A DNA stretch of 64,000 bases, taken from Escherichia phage JM17. The stretch lies in sequence record PP400779. One strand, 5' to 3'. The position numbers were made by a program, and so were the translations under genes. The notes under the pieces are model-generated. The model searched no databases, was not told where the DNA came from, and worked only from the letters and a program-made list of their open reading frames with translations. Below are positions 1 to 8,975 of this stretch, in pieces; within the stretch, counting starts at the first letter, position 1, and every line of letters begins with the position of its first letter.

Positions 1-12
1 TCATAAAACCAG

Positions 13-41
13 TTTACATCCTCGATAGATATGTTAAGATT
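13..41 (+). promoter_or_regulatory. early-type promoter candidate (GTTTAC -35, TAAGAT -10)
   Basis: gtttac at 13-18, 17-nt spacer, taagat; same tgttaagat -10 context recurs at 29691-29700; lies at window edge. Confidence 0.3.
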
Positions 42-252
42 AACACCATCTACTATAGAGGAAAATAAAATGACAATTGAAGATAAAGAAATTAAGGTTG
101 ACCAGTACTATTCGGTCAACGGTAATGCAGTACAGATAACCAAAGTTTCAAGCCTGGATGTTTGGTACCGTTCAATCAAATATCCAGAAATTGGTGAAAT
201 GATTTGTGACCGTGGTATCTTCTGTTCAATTGCGAAGGAAATTAAGTCATGA
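31..252 (+). CDS. hypothetical protein (73 aa)
   Basis: ORF in compact same-strand early gene array; no recognisable motif. Confidence 0.3.
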   Translation: MLRLTPSTIEENKMTIEDKEIKVDQYYSVNGNAVQITKVSSLDVWYRSIKYPEIGEMICDRGIFCSIAKEIKS

Positions 253-497
253 TTAGTTTAGATTCAAAGAAAGTTGTTCTAACCCTTAAAGTTAATGACG
301 AACGTCCGGTATTCGTTACCATTTCCGATTTGCATGTTGAAATTGCTAATGACGTTCGTACTTATCAAGCAAATAAAACTCATTGGGATTATATCCCGAT
401 GTTGACGCTTACTCAGCGTTTAGAATCAATCGGTCTTAAAGACCTTTCAGTAAGTGAAGTGAATTTTATCAAACGCGTTGTATCAATCAACCTCTGA
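249..497 (+). CDS. hypothetical protein (82 aa)
   Basis: ORF overlapping upstream stop (ATGA), typical T4-like translational coupling. Confidence 0.3.
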   Translation: MISLDSKKVVLTLKVNDERPVFVTISDLHVEIANDVRTYQANKTHWDYIPMLTLTQRLESIGLKDLSVSEVNFIKRVVSINL

Positions 498-504
498 GGT
501 ACTT

Positions 505-798
505 ATGGGTAAAACATATCGTCGTAAAGATTTGAAAGTTCGCGATTACGACTATTTTGGTAAGCGTAAAGCTCCTGACGGTGTTAGCCACAAAGACATG
601 GTTGAAAACATTTTCCGCTCAGATAAATGGAAACGTATGAAAGGCATTGATTCTGAAGTCAAGAATGAAATGAATCGACAACTCCGCAAAGAAGTTCGTA
701 AGTTGAAAAAAGATGTTTACAGTAAAGAAGAGTATGATTATAATACTTCTCATACTGAAGCCAAACGTAAAGCTAACGAATGTTATCGTTACAGTTGA
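505..798 (+). CDS. hypothetical basic protein (98 aa)
   Basis: ATG at 505 preceded by gaggt RBS; K/R-rich product. Confidence 0.35.
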   Translation: MGKTYRRKDLKVRDYDYFGKRKAPDGVSHKDMVENIFRSDKWKRMKGIDSEVKNEMNRQLRKEVRKLKKDVYSKEEYDYNTSHTEAKRKANECYRYS

Positions 799-805
799 GG
801 AAATT

Positions 806-940
806 ATGAATATCAAACGAATGCTTTTTAAGCAGGGATTATATACTTTAAATGTTAATCCAAAGGGTGATACAACTAAATGGTCTGTAAATGACTGGAT
901 TAAGTTCATCGATGAAAATGGGGCGTGGAACACAAAATGA
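806..940 (+). CDS. hypothetical small protein (44 aa)
   Basis: ATG 806 with gagg RBS 6 nt upstream; short. Confidence 0.25.
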   Translation: MNIKRMLFKQGLYTLNVNPKGDTTKWSVNDWIKFIDENGAWNTK

Positions 941-1137
941 ATCCTGAAAATATTGTGTCATGGCAACTTCGTGAAGAACGTGCCGAATTCTTTGCCAATA
1001 TGAAACTCAACGGCGTTGAGGATGAAGACTTCTTACGCTGGTTCTGGATTTACAAATACAAAGAATGCCAGTACGCTGTACTACTGACTTGTGCAGTTAT
1101 GTACGAAGGCTGGAAAGGCGCTAAAAAGTTCGGATAA
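937..1137 (+). CDS. hypothetical protein (66 aa)
   Basis: ATG 937 overlaps upstream stop (ATGA). Confidence 0.3.
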   Translation: MNPENIVSWQLREERAEFFANMKLNGVEDEDFLRWFWIYKYKECQYAVLLTCAVMYEGWKGAKKFG

Positions 1138-1138
1138 C

Positions 1139-1177
1139 GATTTACAAACTCTTGAGAGCAGAGTATAATGCTCTCAT
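1139..1177 (+). promoter_or_regulatory. early-type promoter with -10 embedded in an 8-bp inverted repeat
   Basis: atttac -35, tataat 1164-1169; arms tgagagca/tgctctca flank -10; 34-nt core identical to 46602-46635. Confidence 0.45.
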
Positions 1178-1206
1178 TGGATAATAAAATAACCGAGGAA
1201 AATAAT

Positions 1207-1539
1207 ATGTCTACTAAAATCAAAAACGTAGTTAATTCTTTCGCTTTCGATAAAGTTGTTGCTCTTCTGGAATCCGGCAATATTGTTACTCCTCAAGTTC
1301 TTGACGCATGGGAATTCCGTCTTTATGAAATCATGCAAAAACACGACCAGAAAATTGGACGTAATTCTATTCGCGAAATTCTAGTACAATATATTCTTTC
1401 TGAATTTGACGTTGCTGCATTTGGTGTTGAATCTAAAGCTTATCAGAAACATGAAATCTCTGAAAAGACTATCCGTCGTATGAAAAATCAGCGTAAGAAA
1501 AAATTCGTTGACCTGAAAATTGTTAAGGCGGCAAAATGA
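1207..1539 (+). CDS. hypothetical protein (110 aa)
   Basis: ATG 1207 with gaggaaaataat RBS context. Confidence 0.4.
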   Translation: MSTKIKNVVNSFAFDKVVALLESGNIVTPQVLDAWEFRLYEIMQKHDQKIGRNSIREILVQYILSEFDVAAFGVESKAYQKHEISEKTIRRMKNQRKKKFVDLKIVKAAK

Positions 1540-1763
1540 GCGTATTAACAGAAACCTTTATTAATGACCTGCGTCTAGCTGGTTACGAAGTTGGTACAAA
1601 TAGCCTAGGTCTTCCTCAGATTGAAGGTCCTGGATTTATTCTAGAATACGAATTCAAACAATGGTGGTTATATGCTACGGTTGACGATGCGTTAAATATT
1701 GATTTTGTTGACCAATTTGATTCGTTGGATGCCGCCTTATTTGCAGCAAAGGAAATAGAATGA
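1536..1763 (+). CDS. hypothetical acidic protein (75 aa)
   Basis: start overlaps upstream stop. Confidence 0.35.
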   Translation: MSVLTETFINDLRLAGYEVGTNSLGLPQIEGPGFILEYEFKQWWLYATVDDALNIDFVDQFDSLDAALFAAKEIE

Positions 1764-1850
1764 AACTATCTTGAATCGCTATAACCGAAGAAAAGTTTGG
1801 TGAATTTTAAGTCGATAACTTTATGAAAGTTACGTATCTTTGATAGTATC

Positions 1851-1889
1851 TCGTGCTTTAAGATAGGTCTCTAAATATTATGATATAAT
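1851..1889 (+). promoter_or_regulatory. middle-type promoter candidate (MotA-box-like TGCTTTA + -10)
   Basis: tcgtgcttta 1851-1860, about 15 nt, tattat 1876-1881, then tataat 1884-1889; upstream of gene 55. Confidence 0.35.
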
Positions 1890-1918
1890 AGACCTATGAA
1901 TTGAGCCAAGAGGTACTT

Positions 1919-2476
1919 ATGACTGAACAAAAACCTAAAAATAACTATGTGAATAATAAAGAGCTTCTCGCCGCTATAATCGAGTGGAAAAAGGAGCTCT
2001 TAAATAATAAAGACCCAAACAAAATTATTCGTCAGAATGATACCATCGGTTTAGCAATTATGCTTATCGCCGAAGGCCTGTCCAAACGTTTCAACTTTTC
2101 AGGATATACCCAGTCTTGGAAGCAGGAGATGATTGCAGATGGGATTGAAGCCTCTATTAAGGGACTTCATAATTTCGACGAAACTAAGTACAATAACCCA
2201 CATGCATACATAACTCGAGCTTGTTTTAATGCTTTTGTCCAACGTATCAAAAAAGAACGTAAGGAAGTTGCAAAGAAATATAGTTACTTCGTTCATAATG
2301 TCTATGACAGTCATGACGATGATATGGTAGCGTTGGTAGATGAAACGTTTATTCAAGACATCTACGATAAAATGACGCATTATGAAGAATCCGCTTATAA
2401 AGCTCCTGGGGCTGAAAAGAAGGAAGTTGTTAGCGATTCGCCTAGTTTGGATTTTTTATATGAGGATGACAATTGA
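1919..2476 (+). CDS. 55: late-transcription sigma factor gp55
   Basis: 185 aa from ATG 1919 ([17 protein letters not shown]...); close match to remembered T4 gp55 sequence and length. Confidence 0.9.
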   Translation: MTEQKPKNNYVNNKELLAAIIEWKKELLNNKDPNKIIRQNDTIGLAIMLIAEGLSKRFNFSGYTQSWKQEMIADGIEASIKGLHNFDETKYNNPHAYITRACFNAFVQRIKKERKEVAKKYSYFVHNVYDSHDDDMVALVDETFIQDIYDKMTHYEESAYKAPGAEKKEVVSDSPSLDFLYEDDN

Positions 2477-2675
2477 CATCTCTAACTACTTAGAAGAACC
2501 TTTTGACGAAGCAATCCCTTATTTGGTAAAACTGTTGGGTCGTGAATTTAAAATTAATTTTGACATCGACCCTTTGAACCCACATGACGTGTCATTTTCG
2601 ATAAATGGGACTCCGGTTGAGTATGAGTTCTGTATTGAAGAGGGTGGACGTTTTTATTTTAATTTAATGAGATAA
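2460..2675 (+). CDS. hypothetical protein (about 71 aa)
   Basis: ATG 2460 or 2466 overlapping gene 55 end; start uncertain. Confidence 0.35.
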   Translation: MRMTIDISNYLEEPFDEAIPYLVKLLGREFKINFDIDPLNPHDVSFSINGTPVEYEFCIEEGGRFYFNLMR

Positions 2676-2676
2676 T

Positions 2677-3000
2677 ATGACTACCGAGATTATTGAAAAT
2701 AAAGAAGCAGAAGATGCAGTAGCTAAAATGCTACAAGAAATCCAAAAGAAAAATGAAGCTGAAGCACGTAAAAAATCAGAAAAGATTCTTAAAAAGAATC
2801 GTTTTGAACTAAACCGTCTTTATGCTCATGCTCAAGAAGCAGCAATTCAAAACAACTTCGAAGCTTACGAATATGCTATTAAGAAATCTCGGGATATTCT
2901 ACGACAACCATATAATGACAAGTTAATTAAAATCCAGTGGGTTACTACTCGTCAGGCTATTGAGGACATCATTAATGGCGCTAGTTCAAACAAAGTTTAA
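2677..3000 (+). CDS. hypothetical coiled-coil protein (107 aa)
   Basis: ORF begins 2 nt after upstream stop; charged helical composition. Confidence 0.4.
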   Translation: MTTEIIENKEAEDAVAKMLQEIQKKNEAEARKKSEKILKKNRFELNRLYAHAQEAAIQNNFEAYEYAIKKSRDILRQPYNDKLIKIQWVTTRQAIEDIINGASSNKV

Positions 3001-3181
3001 ACGTCTGAAGCTGAACGCAGGGTTCACCCTTAAATTGGGAGGTCCTCTTTGTGTTAAAATTTCTGAAAAGGAATATCACGACGGTTCTATTACAGAAATT
3101 TGTCCGCCTATTGTAAAGGCAGACCCAAAACAACTCGTGTGGGCTGATTCATTTCAAGTTAAGAAATGGTGGAAACGATGA
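2975..3181 (+). CDS. hypothetical protein (68 aa)
   Basis: ATG 2975 with gagga RBS about 8 nt upstream. Confidence 0.3.
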   Translation: MALVQTKFKRLKLNAGFTLKLGGPLCVKISEKEYHDGSITEICPPIVKADPKQLVWADSFQVKKWWKR

Positions 3182-3220
3182 GAGAAATCGGTTTAGGTAT
3201 TTTCTGAGAGATGATTATGC

Positions 3221-3394
3221 ATGACGAACGACCTGACCTCTGAAAATTTCGATAAAATCCGTAAAGGCAAAGCAGAAAGAATGAGACGTTTTAAAGAGTC
3301 TTACGATAAAGCTAAAGCCGAAGGAACTATTACATACAAGCCCATTCGATTTAAAAGTTCAAATGAGCCTCTGTACGGTGTACTATGTGGATAG
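3221..3394 (+). CDS. hypothetical small protein (57 aa)
   Basis: ORF below track cutoff; ends exactly at a UUCG hairpin terminator. Confidence 0.3.
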   Translation: MTNDLTSENFDKIRKGKAERMRRFKESYDKAKAEGTITYKPIRFKSSNEPLYGVLCG

Positions 3395-3418
3395 GAACTC
3401 TTCGGAGTTCCTTTTTTG
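3394..3418 (+). terminator. intrinsic terminator (UUCG tetraloop hairpin + T-run)
   Basis: ggaactc-ttcg-gagttcc followed by tttttt. Confidence 0.6.
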
Positions 3419-3463
3419 CTTTATAAACGGATGATAGAATGAATTAACTAATGAGGAAATAAT

Positions 3464-4483
3464 ATGAAAATTTTGCACTTAGGCGACTTCCATATCGGAG
3501 TCAAACAAGACGACCCATGGGTTCAAGATATTCAACGTGATGGTATTCGTCAAGCAATTGAATACTCTAAGAAACACGGGATTAAAACTTGGATTCAGTA
3601 CGGTGATTGGTTTGACGTCCGTAAAGCAATAACACATCGTACAATGGAATTCAATCGTGAAATCGTTGATATGATTTCTAAAGCAGGCATTCACGTTCAT
3701 GTCACGATAGGAAACCATGACATGGCGTTTAAGAATACAATAACACCTAACACTGTTTCTGAATTGTTAACTCAATTTGAAAACTTTACTATTTACGAGC
3801 ATCCGACTACTGTAGATTTTGACGGATGTCTGATTGATATCGTTCCATGGATGTGTGAAGAAAATACAGGTGAAATCTTAGAGCACATCAAGACTTCTTC
3901 TGCCGCGTATTGTGTTGGGCACTGGGAACTGAACGGCTTTTATTTCTATAAAGGGATGAAGTCTCATGGGCTTGAACCTGATTTCTTAAAGACCTATAAA
4001 CAAGTCTGGTCTGGCCACTTCCACACAATCTCTGAAGCTGCTAACGTCAAATATATTGGGACACCATGGACCCTTACTGCAGGTGATGAGAACGACCCGC
4101 GCGGATTCTGGGTATTTGACACTGATGTTGAACGTATGGAATTTATTCCTAATGAAACAACATGGCATCGACGAATCACTTATCCATTTAAAGGCAAAAT
4201 CAATTATTCTGATTATACTAATCTAGCCGTACGTGTTATAGTATCAGAAATTGATTCAGAGTTGACTAAGTTTGAATCTGAACTTGAAAAAGTAGTTCAC
4301 TCTCTTCGTATGGTTTCTAAAGTTGATAACAGTGTTGAATCTGATGACGACCAGGAAATCGAGATTAAATCACTTCAAGATATCATTAAAGAATATATTG
4401 ACGCGATTCCAGATATCTCAGACGAAGACAGAGAAGCGCTGGTCAAATATTCCAACGAACTTTATATTGAGGCGACACAATGA
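3464..4483 (+). CDS. 47: recombination/repair nuclease subunit gp47 (Mre11/SbcD-like)
   Basis: 339 aa; N-terminal LHLGDFHIG and later GNHD phosphoesterase motifs; synteny 55-47-46. Confidence 0.9.
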   Translation: MKILHLGDFHIGVKQDDPWVQDIQRDGIRQAIEYSKKHGIKTWIQYGDWFDVRKAITHRTMEFNREIVDMISKAGIHVHVTIGNHDMAFKNTITPNTVSELLTQFENFTIYEHPTTVDFDGCLIDIVPWMCEENTGEILEHIKTSSAAYCVGHWELNGFYFYKGMKSHGLEPDFLKTYKQVWSGHFHTISEAANVKYIGTPWTLTAGDENDPRGFWVFDTDVERMEFIPNETTWHRRITYPFKGKINYSDYTNLAVRVIVSEIDSELTKFESELEKVVHSLRMVSKVDNSVESDDDQEIEIKSLQDIIKEYIDAIPDISDEDREALVKYSNELYIEATQ

Positions 4484-4737
4484 CTTTAGATGAATTTAAT
4501 AATGCTGGTCTTGGGCTTGAAGTTGAAATAGACGTTAAAGATGATGATGGATTCGAGAACACTATCAAGTATTGGATTGAACCATTACGTGTTGAAGGCA
4601 ATGAAGTTAAAGCAGTTCATGTCTGCACCGACTGGGCTATTGAATTTAGCTTTAATATAATGGACAACGATACTCCCGGCTCTATTCTTAAAATGGCTGA
4701 AGCGTGTATTGAGGATGCGTATAATGACGAAGACTGA
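4480..4737 (+). CDS. hypothetical acidic protein (85 aa)
   Basis: occupies the interval where T4 carries alpha-gt. Confidence 0.4.
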   Translation: MTLDEFNNAGLGLEVEIDVKDDDGFENTIKYWIEPLRVEGNEVKAVHVCTDWAIEFSFNIMDNDTPGSILKMAEACIEDAYNDED

Positions 4738-4963
4738 TTATGAAATCCATCGTCATGAATTTAGTATTGGTGACGGTTATATTGGTATCGTTGAATGGAC
4801 TGAGAATTACGAGGAATCAACTCCTCGTTTCTTTGGAACAATGTATGTTACCTGTGAGTACGCACCAGGTGTTGTTATGTATGCAGAACTAGATGAATAT
4901 TTTGCTGATAGGGATGACATGTTAAAATATGTAGAGGACTTCATTCGAAGAGAATACATATGA
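4724..4963 (+). CDS. hypothetical protein (79 aa)
   Basis: ATG 4724 with gagga RBS; ends overlapping gene 46 start. Confidence 0.4.
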   Translation: MTKTDYEIHRHEFSIGDGYIGIVEWTENYEESTPRFFGTMYVTCEYAPGVVMYAELDEYFADRDDMLKYVEDFIRREYI

Positions 4964-6648
4964 AATCATTTAAATTAAATCGTGTTCGTTATCAAAACAT
5001 CATGTCGGTAGGTGGGAATCCTATTGATATCCAATTAGATAAAGTCCAAAAGACATTAATCACTGGTAAAAATGGTGGCGGTAAATCTACGATGTTAGAA
5101 GCCATTACTTTCGGACTTTTCGGTAAACCATTTCGTGATGTTAAGAAAGGACAAATCATTAATAGCACGAACAAGAAAGAGCTCTTAGTTGAGCTTTGGA
5201 TGGAATTCGATGATAAAAAATACTTCATTAAACGTGGCCAAAAGCCCAATATTTTCGAAATCTCCGTTGACGGTGTTCGTCTTGATGAATCTGCCAGCAG
5301 TCGCGACTTCCAAGAAGAATTTGAACGTAGCATCGGAATGTCATACGCGTCTTTTAAACAAATCGTTGTGCTTGGGACGGCAGGATATACCCCTTTCATG
5401 GCTCTTAGCACCCCTGCTCGTAGAAAACTTGTCGAAGACCTTTTAGAAGTCGGCACACTCGCTGAAATGGATAAAATCAATAAGTCTCAAGTTCGCGAAC
5501 TTAATTCTCAGGGACAAGTTCTTGATGCCAAGAAAGATGGTGTTATCCAACAAATTAAGATTTATAACGAGAATATCGAACGTCAAAAGAAATTATCTGG
5601 TGATAATGTAGCGCGTCTACAGAATATGTATGACGACCTAGCCAAAGAAGCTCGTTCATTAAAAGCAGAAATTGAAGAAGCTAATGAGCGACTACTTAAT
5701 ATCGTTCTTGATGAAGACCCTACTGAGGCATTCAACAAGATAGGACAAGAAGCATTCTTGATTAAATCTAAAATCGACTCATATAACAAAGTTATTAAGA
5801 TGTATCATGATGGCGGTACATGTCCTACTTGTGCATCACAGTTGCACCAGGGTGACCCTATTGTCTCTAAGATTACCGATAAGCTTCATGAATGTAATCA
5901 CTCATTCGAGCAACTTACCTGTCACAGAGATAATCTGAGTGTCCTAGTGGACGAATATCGAGCTAATGTTAAGACTAAACAGGACCTTGCATCCGATATT
6001 CGTACCAAGAAACAAGCAATGATTGCCACTATTGATAAAGCTAAGAAAGTTAAAGCTGCAATAGAACAAGCCTCGGCGGAATTTATCGACCATGCTGATG
6101 AGATAGCTTTGCTTCAAAAAGAACTTGATAAAATCATTAAAACAAAATCAGATATCGTTCTTGAAAAATATCATCGTGGTATTATCACAGATATGTTAAA
6201 AGATTCTGGTATTAAAGGTGCTATCATTAAAAAATATGTGCCTCTGTTTAATAAGCAGATTAACCATTATCTTAAAATCATGGAAGCCGATTACGTGTTT
6301 TCTATTGACGAAGAATTCAATGAATCTATAAAATCACGTGGCCGTGAAGAGTTCAGTTATGCTTCATTTAGTCAAGGTGAAAAGGCACGTATCGATATCG
6401 CATTGTTGTTTACATGGCGAGATATTGCTGAAAAGGTTTCTGGTGTTAAAATCAACACTCTAATTCTTGATGAGGTTTTTGATGGTGCTGTCGATTCTGA
6501 GGCTGTTAAGGCTATAGATACCATCCTTGGTAGTTTACAAAATACTAACGTGTTCATTATCTCTCATCGAGACCATGACCCTCAACGTTATGGACAACAT
6601 CTTCAAATGAGCAAAGTTGGACGATTTACTGTGATGACTGTCTCATAA
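4960..6648 (+). CDS. 46: recombination/repair ATPase gp46 (Rad50/SbcC-like)
   Basis: 562 aa; Walker A GKNGGGKST, long coiled coil with CPTC zinc hook, C-terminal LILDEVFDG. Confidence 0.9.
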   Translation: MKSFKLNRVRYQNIMSVGGNPIDIQLDKVQKTLITGKNGGGKSTMLEAITFGLFGKPFRDVKKGQIINSTNKKELLVELWMEFDDKKYFIKRGQKPNIFEISVDGVRLDESASSRDFQEEFERSIGMSYASFKQIVVLGTAGYTPFMALSTPARRKLVEDLLEVGTLAEMDKINKSQVRELNSQGQVLDAKKDGVIQQIKIYNENIERQKKLSGDNVARLQNMYDDLAKEARSLKAEIEEANERLLNIVLDEDPTEAFNKIGQEAFLIKSKIDSYNKVIKMYHDGGTCPTCASQLHQGDPIVSKITDKLHECNHSFEQLTCHRDNLSVLVDEYRANVKTKQDLASDIRTKKQAMIATIDKAKKVKAAIEQASAEFIDHADEIALLQKELDKIIKTKSDIVLEKYHRGIITDMLKDSGIKGAIIKKYVPLFNKQINHYLKIMEADYVFSIDEEFNESIKSRGREEFSYASFSQGEKARIDIALLFTWRDIAEKVSGVKINTLILDEVFDGAVDSEAVKAIDTILGSLQNTNVFIISHRDHDPQRYGQHLQMSKVGRFTVMTVS

Positions 6649-6649
6649 A

Positions 6650-6684
6650 CGCTTTAACATGATGTGGTTATAATGACCACATCA
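6650..6684 (+). promoter_or_regulatory. promoter candidate with TATAAT inside a 9-bp perfect inverted repeat
   Basis: cgctttaa box-like element, then tgatgtggt-tataatg-accacatca (6660-6684). Confidence 0.35.
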
Positions 6685-6702
6685 AATTAAATGGAGAACA
6701 AC

Positions 6703-6891
6703 ATGGAGTATTCAACCGGTCAACATCTTCTTGTTGTCCCTGAAATTAAAAAATATGTTTTGACCAATACGTTTTCAGGTGAAGAACATATTGTTACTGA
6801 ACAAATGCTCAAATCTGCTTTTAAAGATGAGTATAATAAAATAATGTCTAATCGCAATTCCGCATGGACAGTTACCGACTTCTACGAATAA
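6703..6891 (+). CDS. hypothetical protein (62 aa; T4 45.2 position)
   Basis: ATG 6703 with ggaga RBS; position between 46 and rpbA. Confidence 0.4.
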   Translation: MEYSTGQHLLVVPEIKKYVLTNTFSGEEHIVTEQMLKSAFKDEYNKIMSNRNSAWTVTDFYE

Positions 6892-6903
6892 GAGAGAAAT
6901 AAT

Positions 6904-7320
6904 ATGTTTACTACTGTTAAAGGTTTCACTGCTGCTGATCTGAAAGTTACTTCTATCCGTACTGACGCTAACCCACATAACCATAATCGTGTTCGTAAAG
7001 CATGGGTCCTGCATTGTGATGAAGCAAGTGCTAAAAAACTCCAATCTTTGCCACAAGAAACTCGTTTTATGATTTATGGTTTTATTGATAACGATGTATC
7101 TGATATGTGGATTCATCTGATGCGTAAGCACTATAAAGATTCTATCGAAGCAGGTGCTAAAATCGTTCTTGATAAAGACGGTTCTGAGCGTCTGGAAGAT
7201 TTCTACTGTGTTGATGCCGACGAACAACTAATTGCAGCTGGCGAAATTGTTGCTTCTAAAATTCCAGAATATATTGAATCACTGCCTGAAGCTATTAAAA
7301 AGCAGATGGTTGCTGCTTGA
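6904..7320 (+). CDS. rpbA: RNA polymerase-binding protein RpbA-like (138 aa)
   Basis: size and position immediately upstream of the gene 45 region as in T4; sequence only weakly recognised. Confidence 0.5.
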   Translation: MFTTVKGFTAADLKVTSIRTDANPHNHNRVRKAWVLHCDEASAKKLQSLPQETRFMIYGFIDNDVSDMWIHLMRKHYKDSIEAGAKIVLDKDGSERLEDFYCVDADEQLIAAGEIVASKIPEYIESLPEAIKKQMVAA

Positions 7321-7325
7321 TAATT

Positions 7326-7850
7326 ATGAATTTAATATATCTTATAACCTTTTATAATCGTGAGATTAAAAATGAATACCCGTGTTATTATATAGGTTCT
7401 AAAGTTTCGTGTCATTTTAATGGAAAGGATATTATTGAAGATTCTACCGGTAAAATATATACCGGTAGTGTTAATTCCTCGTATTCTCCTTTATATAACA
7501 GATTAATAGACCAAGGCGAATATTCTGTAAAAATTTTAGGCGAAACCACATTAGACCCTAGAAGAATAGAAAGACTATTCCAACTCAATGTTAAAGCCGT
7601 TTCAAATGAAAAATATTTTAATAAGGCTTATGCTAACGAGAAGTCTAGAATATCAGCTAAAGGATATGCACCGTATAAAAATTTAAAAACAGGCAAAATA
7701 GTAAAACTTTCTAAAAACGAAATAAACGAAGATTACGTCGGTGTTAGAAAAAATTGCAAATTGTCGGAGAATCATTTAAACGCAATTAGAGAATTTCAAA
7801 AAAACATATTGGACCAAAGAACGAAGAGAGAAAGTTTCTATTCGTTCTAA
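7326..7850 (+). CDS. GIY-YIG homing endonuclease, N-terminal catalytic part (seg-like)
   Basis: IYLITFYNREIKNEYPCYYIGSK matches GIY-(x10)-YIG; AT-rich codon usage unlike flanking genes. Confidence 0.55.
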   Translation: MNLIYLITFYNREIKNEYPCYYIGSKVSCHFNGKDIIEDSTGKIYTGSVNSSYSPLYNRLIDQGEYSVKILGETTLDPRRIERLFQLNVKAVSNEKYFNKAYANEKSRISAKGYAPYKNLKTGKIVKLSKNEINEDYVGVRKNCKLSENHLNAIREFQKNILDQRTKRESFYSF

Positions 7851-7854
7851 AAAA

Positions 7855-8217
7855 ATGTTTAACGATAGAGATTTTGCTTTAAAATTTAAAGATATAATGA
7901 ATTCTCCTAATGTTAAAGATAAAATAAAAATATCTAAAACATTGTATTGGTCTAAACCTGAAAATAGAGCAAAGGCCTCTATCGCAGCTTCGAAAAGAAA
8001 TGCAACCAAAGAATTTAAGGATAAATTCAGAAAATCTAAAGCTAGAGGTACATGGATATTTCATGAACAAAAATTAAAGGAATTGTGGATTGCTTTAGGA
8101 AAACCAAGTTATATTACATTTAGAAAACATGCAATTCAGCATGGTTTTAATGATGAATCATACCAAGGTGCTATCCGGTCTTGGACAAATTATTATGCTA
8201 ATAGGAAACCTAAATGA
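7855..8217 (+). CDS. basic protein, possibly the detached C-terminal DNA-binding part of the GIY-YIG endonuclease
   Basis: starts 4 nt after upstream stop in another frame; same AT-rich codon usage; K/R-rich. Confidence 0.35.
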   Translation: MFNDRDFALKFKDIMNSPNVKDKIKISKTLYWSKPENRAKASIAASKRNATKEFKDKFRKSKARGTWIFHEQKLKELWIALGKPSYITFRKHAIQHGFNDESYQGAIRSWTNYYANRKPK

Positions 8218-8900
8218 AACTTAGCCGTGAAACCGTAAATATTCTGAAAAACTTCGCTTCTATTAACTCTGGCATTCTGCTGAGTCAAGGTAAATTTATT
8301 ATGACTCGTGCAGTTAATGGCACCACTTATGCGGAAGCAAATATCTCTGATGAAATTGATTTTGACGTAGCACTTTATGATTTGAATAGCTTCTTAAGCA
8401 TTTTGAGTCTAGTGTCTGATGATGCTGAAATTTCAATGCACACTGATGGCAATATTAAAATTGCAGATACACGTTCCACAGTTTATTGGCCTGCCGCTGA
8501 CAAGAGCACCATTGTTTTTCCTAATAAGCCAATTCAATTCCCAGTGGCTTCTGTGATTACTGAAATTAAAGCTGAAGACCTTCAACAATTGCTTCGAGTT
8601 TCACGTGGACTTCAGATTGATACAATTGCTATTACAAATAAAGATGGTAAAATTGTTATCAATGGCTATAATAAAGTTGAAGATTCCGGACTAACTCGTC
8701 CTAAGTATTCTTTGACTCTTACTGATTATGACGGTTCTAATAACTTTAACTTCGTAATCAATATGGCTAATATGAAAATCCAGCCAGGTAACTATAAAGT
8801 AATGTTGTGGGGAGCTGGTGATAAAGTTGCAGCTAAGTTTGAAAGCTCTCAAGTAAGTTATGTTATTGCGATGGAAGCCGATTCTACTCACGACTTCTAA
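8214..8900 (+). CDS. 45: sliding clamp gp45
   Basis: 228 aa, same length as T4 gp45; synteny 45-44-62. Confidence 0.9.
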   Translation: MKLSRETVNILKNFASINSGILLSQGKFIMTRAVNGTTYAEANISDEIDFDVALYDLNSFLSILSLVSDDAEISMHTDGNIKIADTRSTVYWPAADKSTIVFPNKPIQFPVASVITEIKAEDLQQLLRVSRGLQIDTIAITNKDGKIVINGYNKVEDSGLTRPKYSLTLTDYDGSNNFNFVINMANMKIQPGNYKVMLWGAGDKVAAKFESSQVSYVIAMEADSTHDF

Positions 8901-8932
8901 GTCAAAGCTTTACGTTTATTGTGATACGATTA

Positions 8933-8950
8933 TGGAGGAGAAATCCTCCA
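8933..8950 (+). promoter_or_regulatory. stem-loop with GAAA tetraloop in 45-44 intergenic region
   Basis: tggagga-gaaa-tcctcca; no T-run; possible translational control or processing element. Confidence 0.35.
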
Positions 8951-8975
8951 GTTTAATGATAATGAGGAAAATTAC

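Noticed and set aside
3182-3463. tRNA or other structured RNA gene in the larger intergenic gaps (3182-3463, 46145-46394)
   Set aside because: No cloverleaf-compatible sequence (conserved GTTC/TpsiC-like arm with acceptor stem pairing) was evident by eye; the gaps are better explained by small ORFs, promoters and terminators. A tRNAscan run would be needed to exclude this fully.
4992-5480. 162-aa ORF on the minus strand inside gene 46
   Set aside because: Entirely antisense to a well-supported conserved gene, with no RBS; treated as a spurious reading frame. The same applies to other antisense ORFs inside genes 43, 39, rIIA, modA, gp37 and gp34 (for example 10329-10922, 11835-12275, 32018-32497, 42881-43357, 54817-55098).
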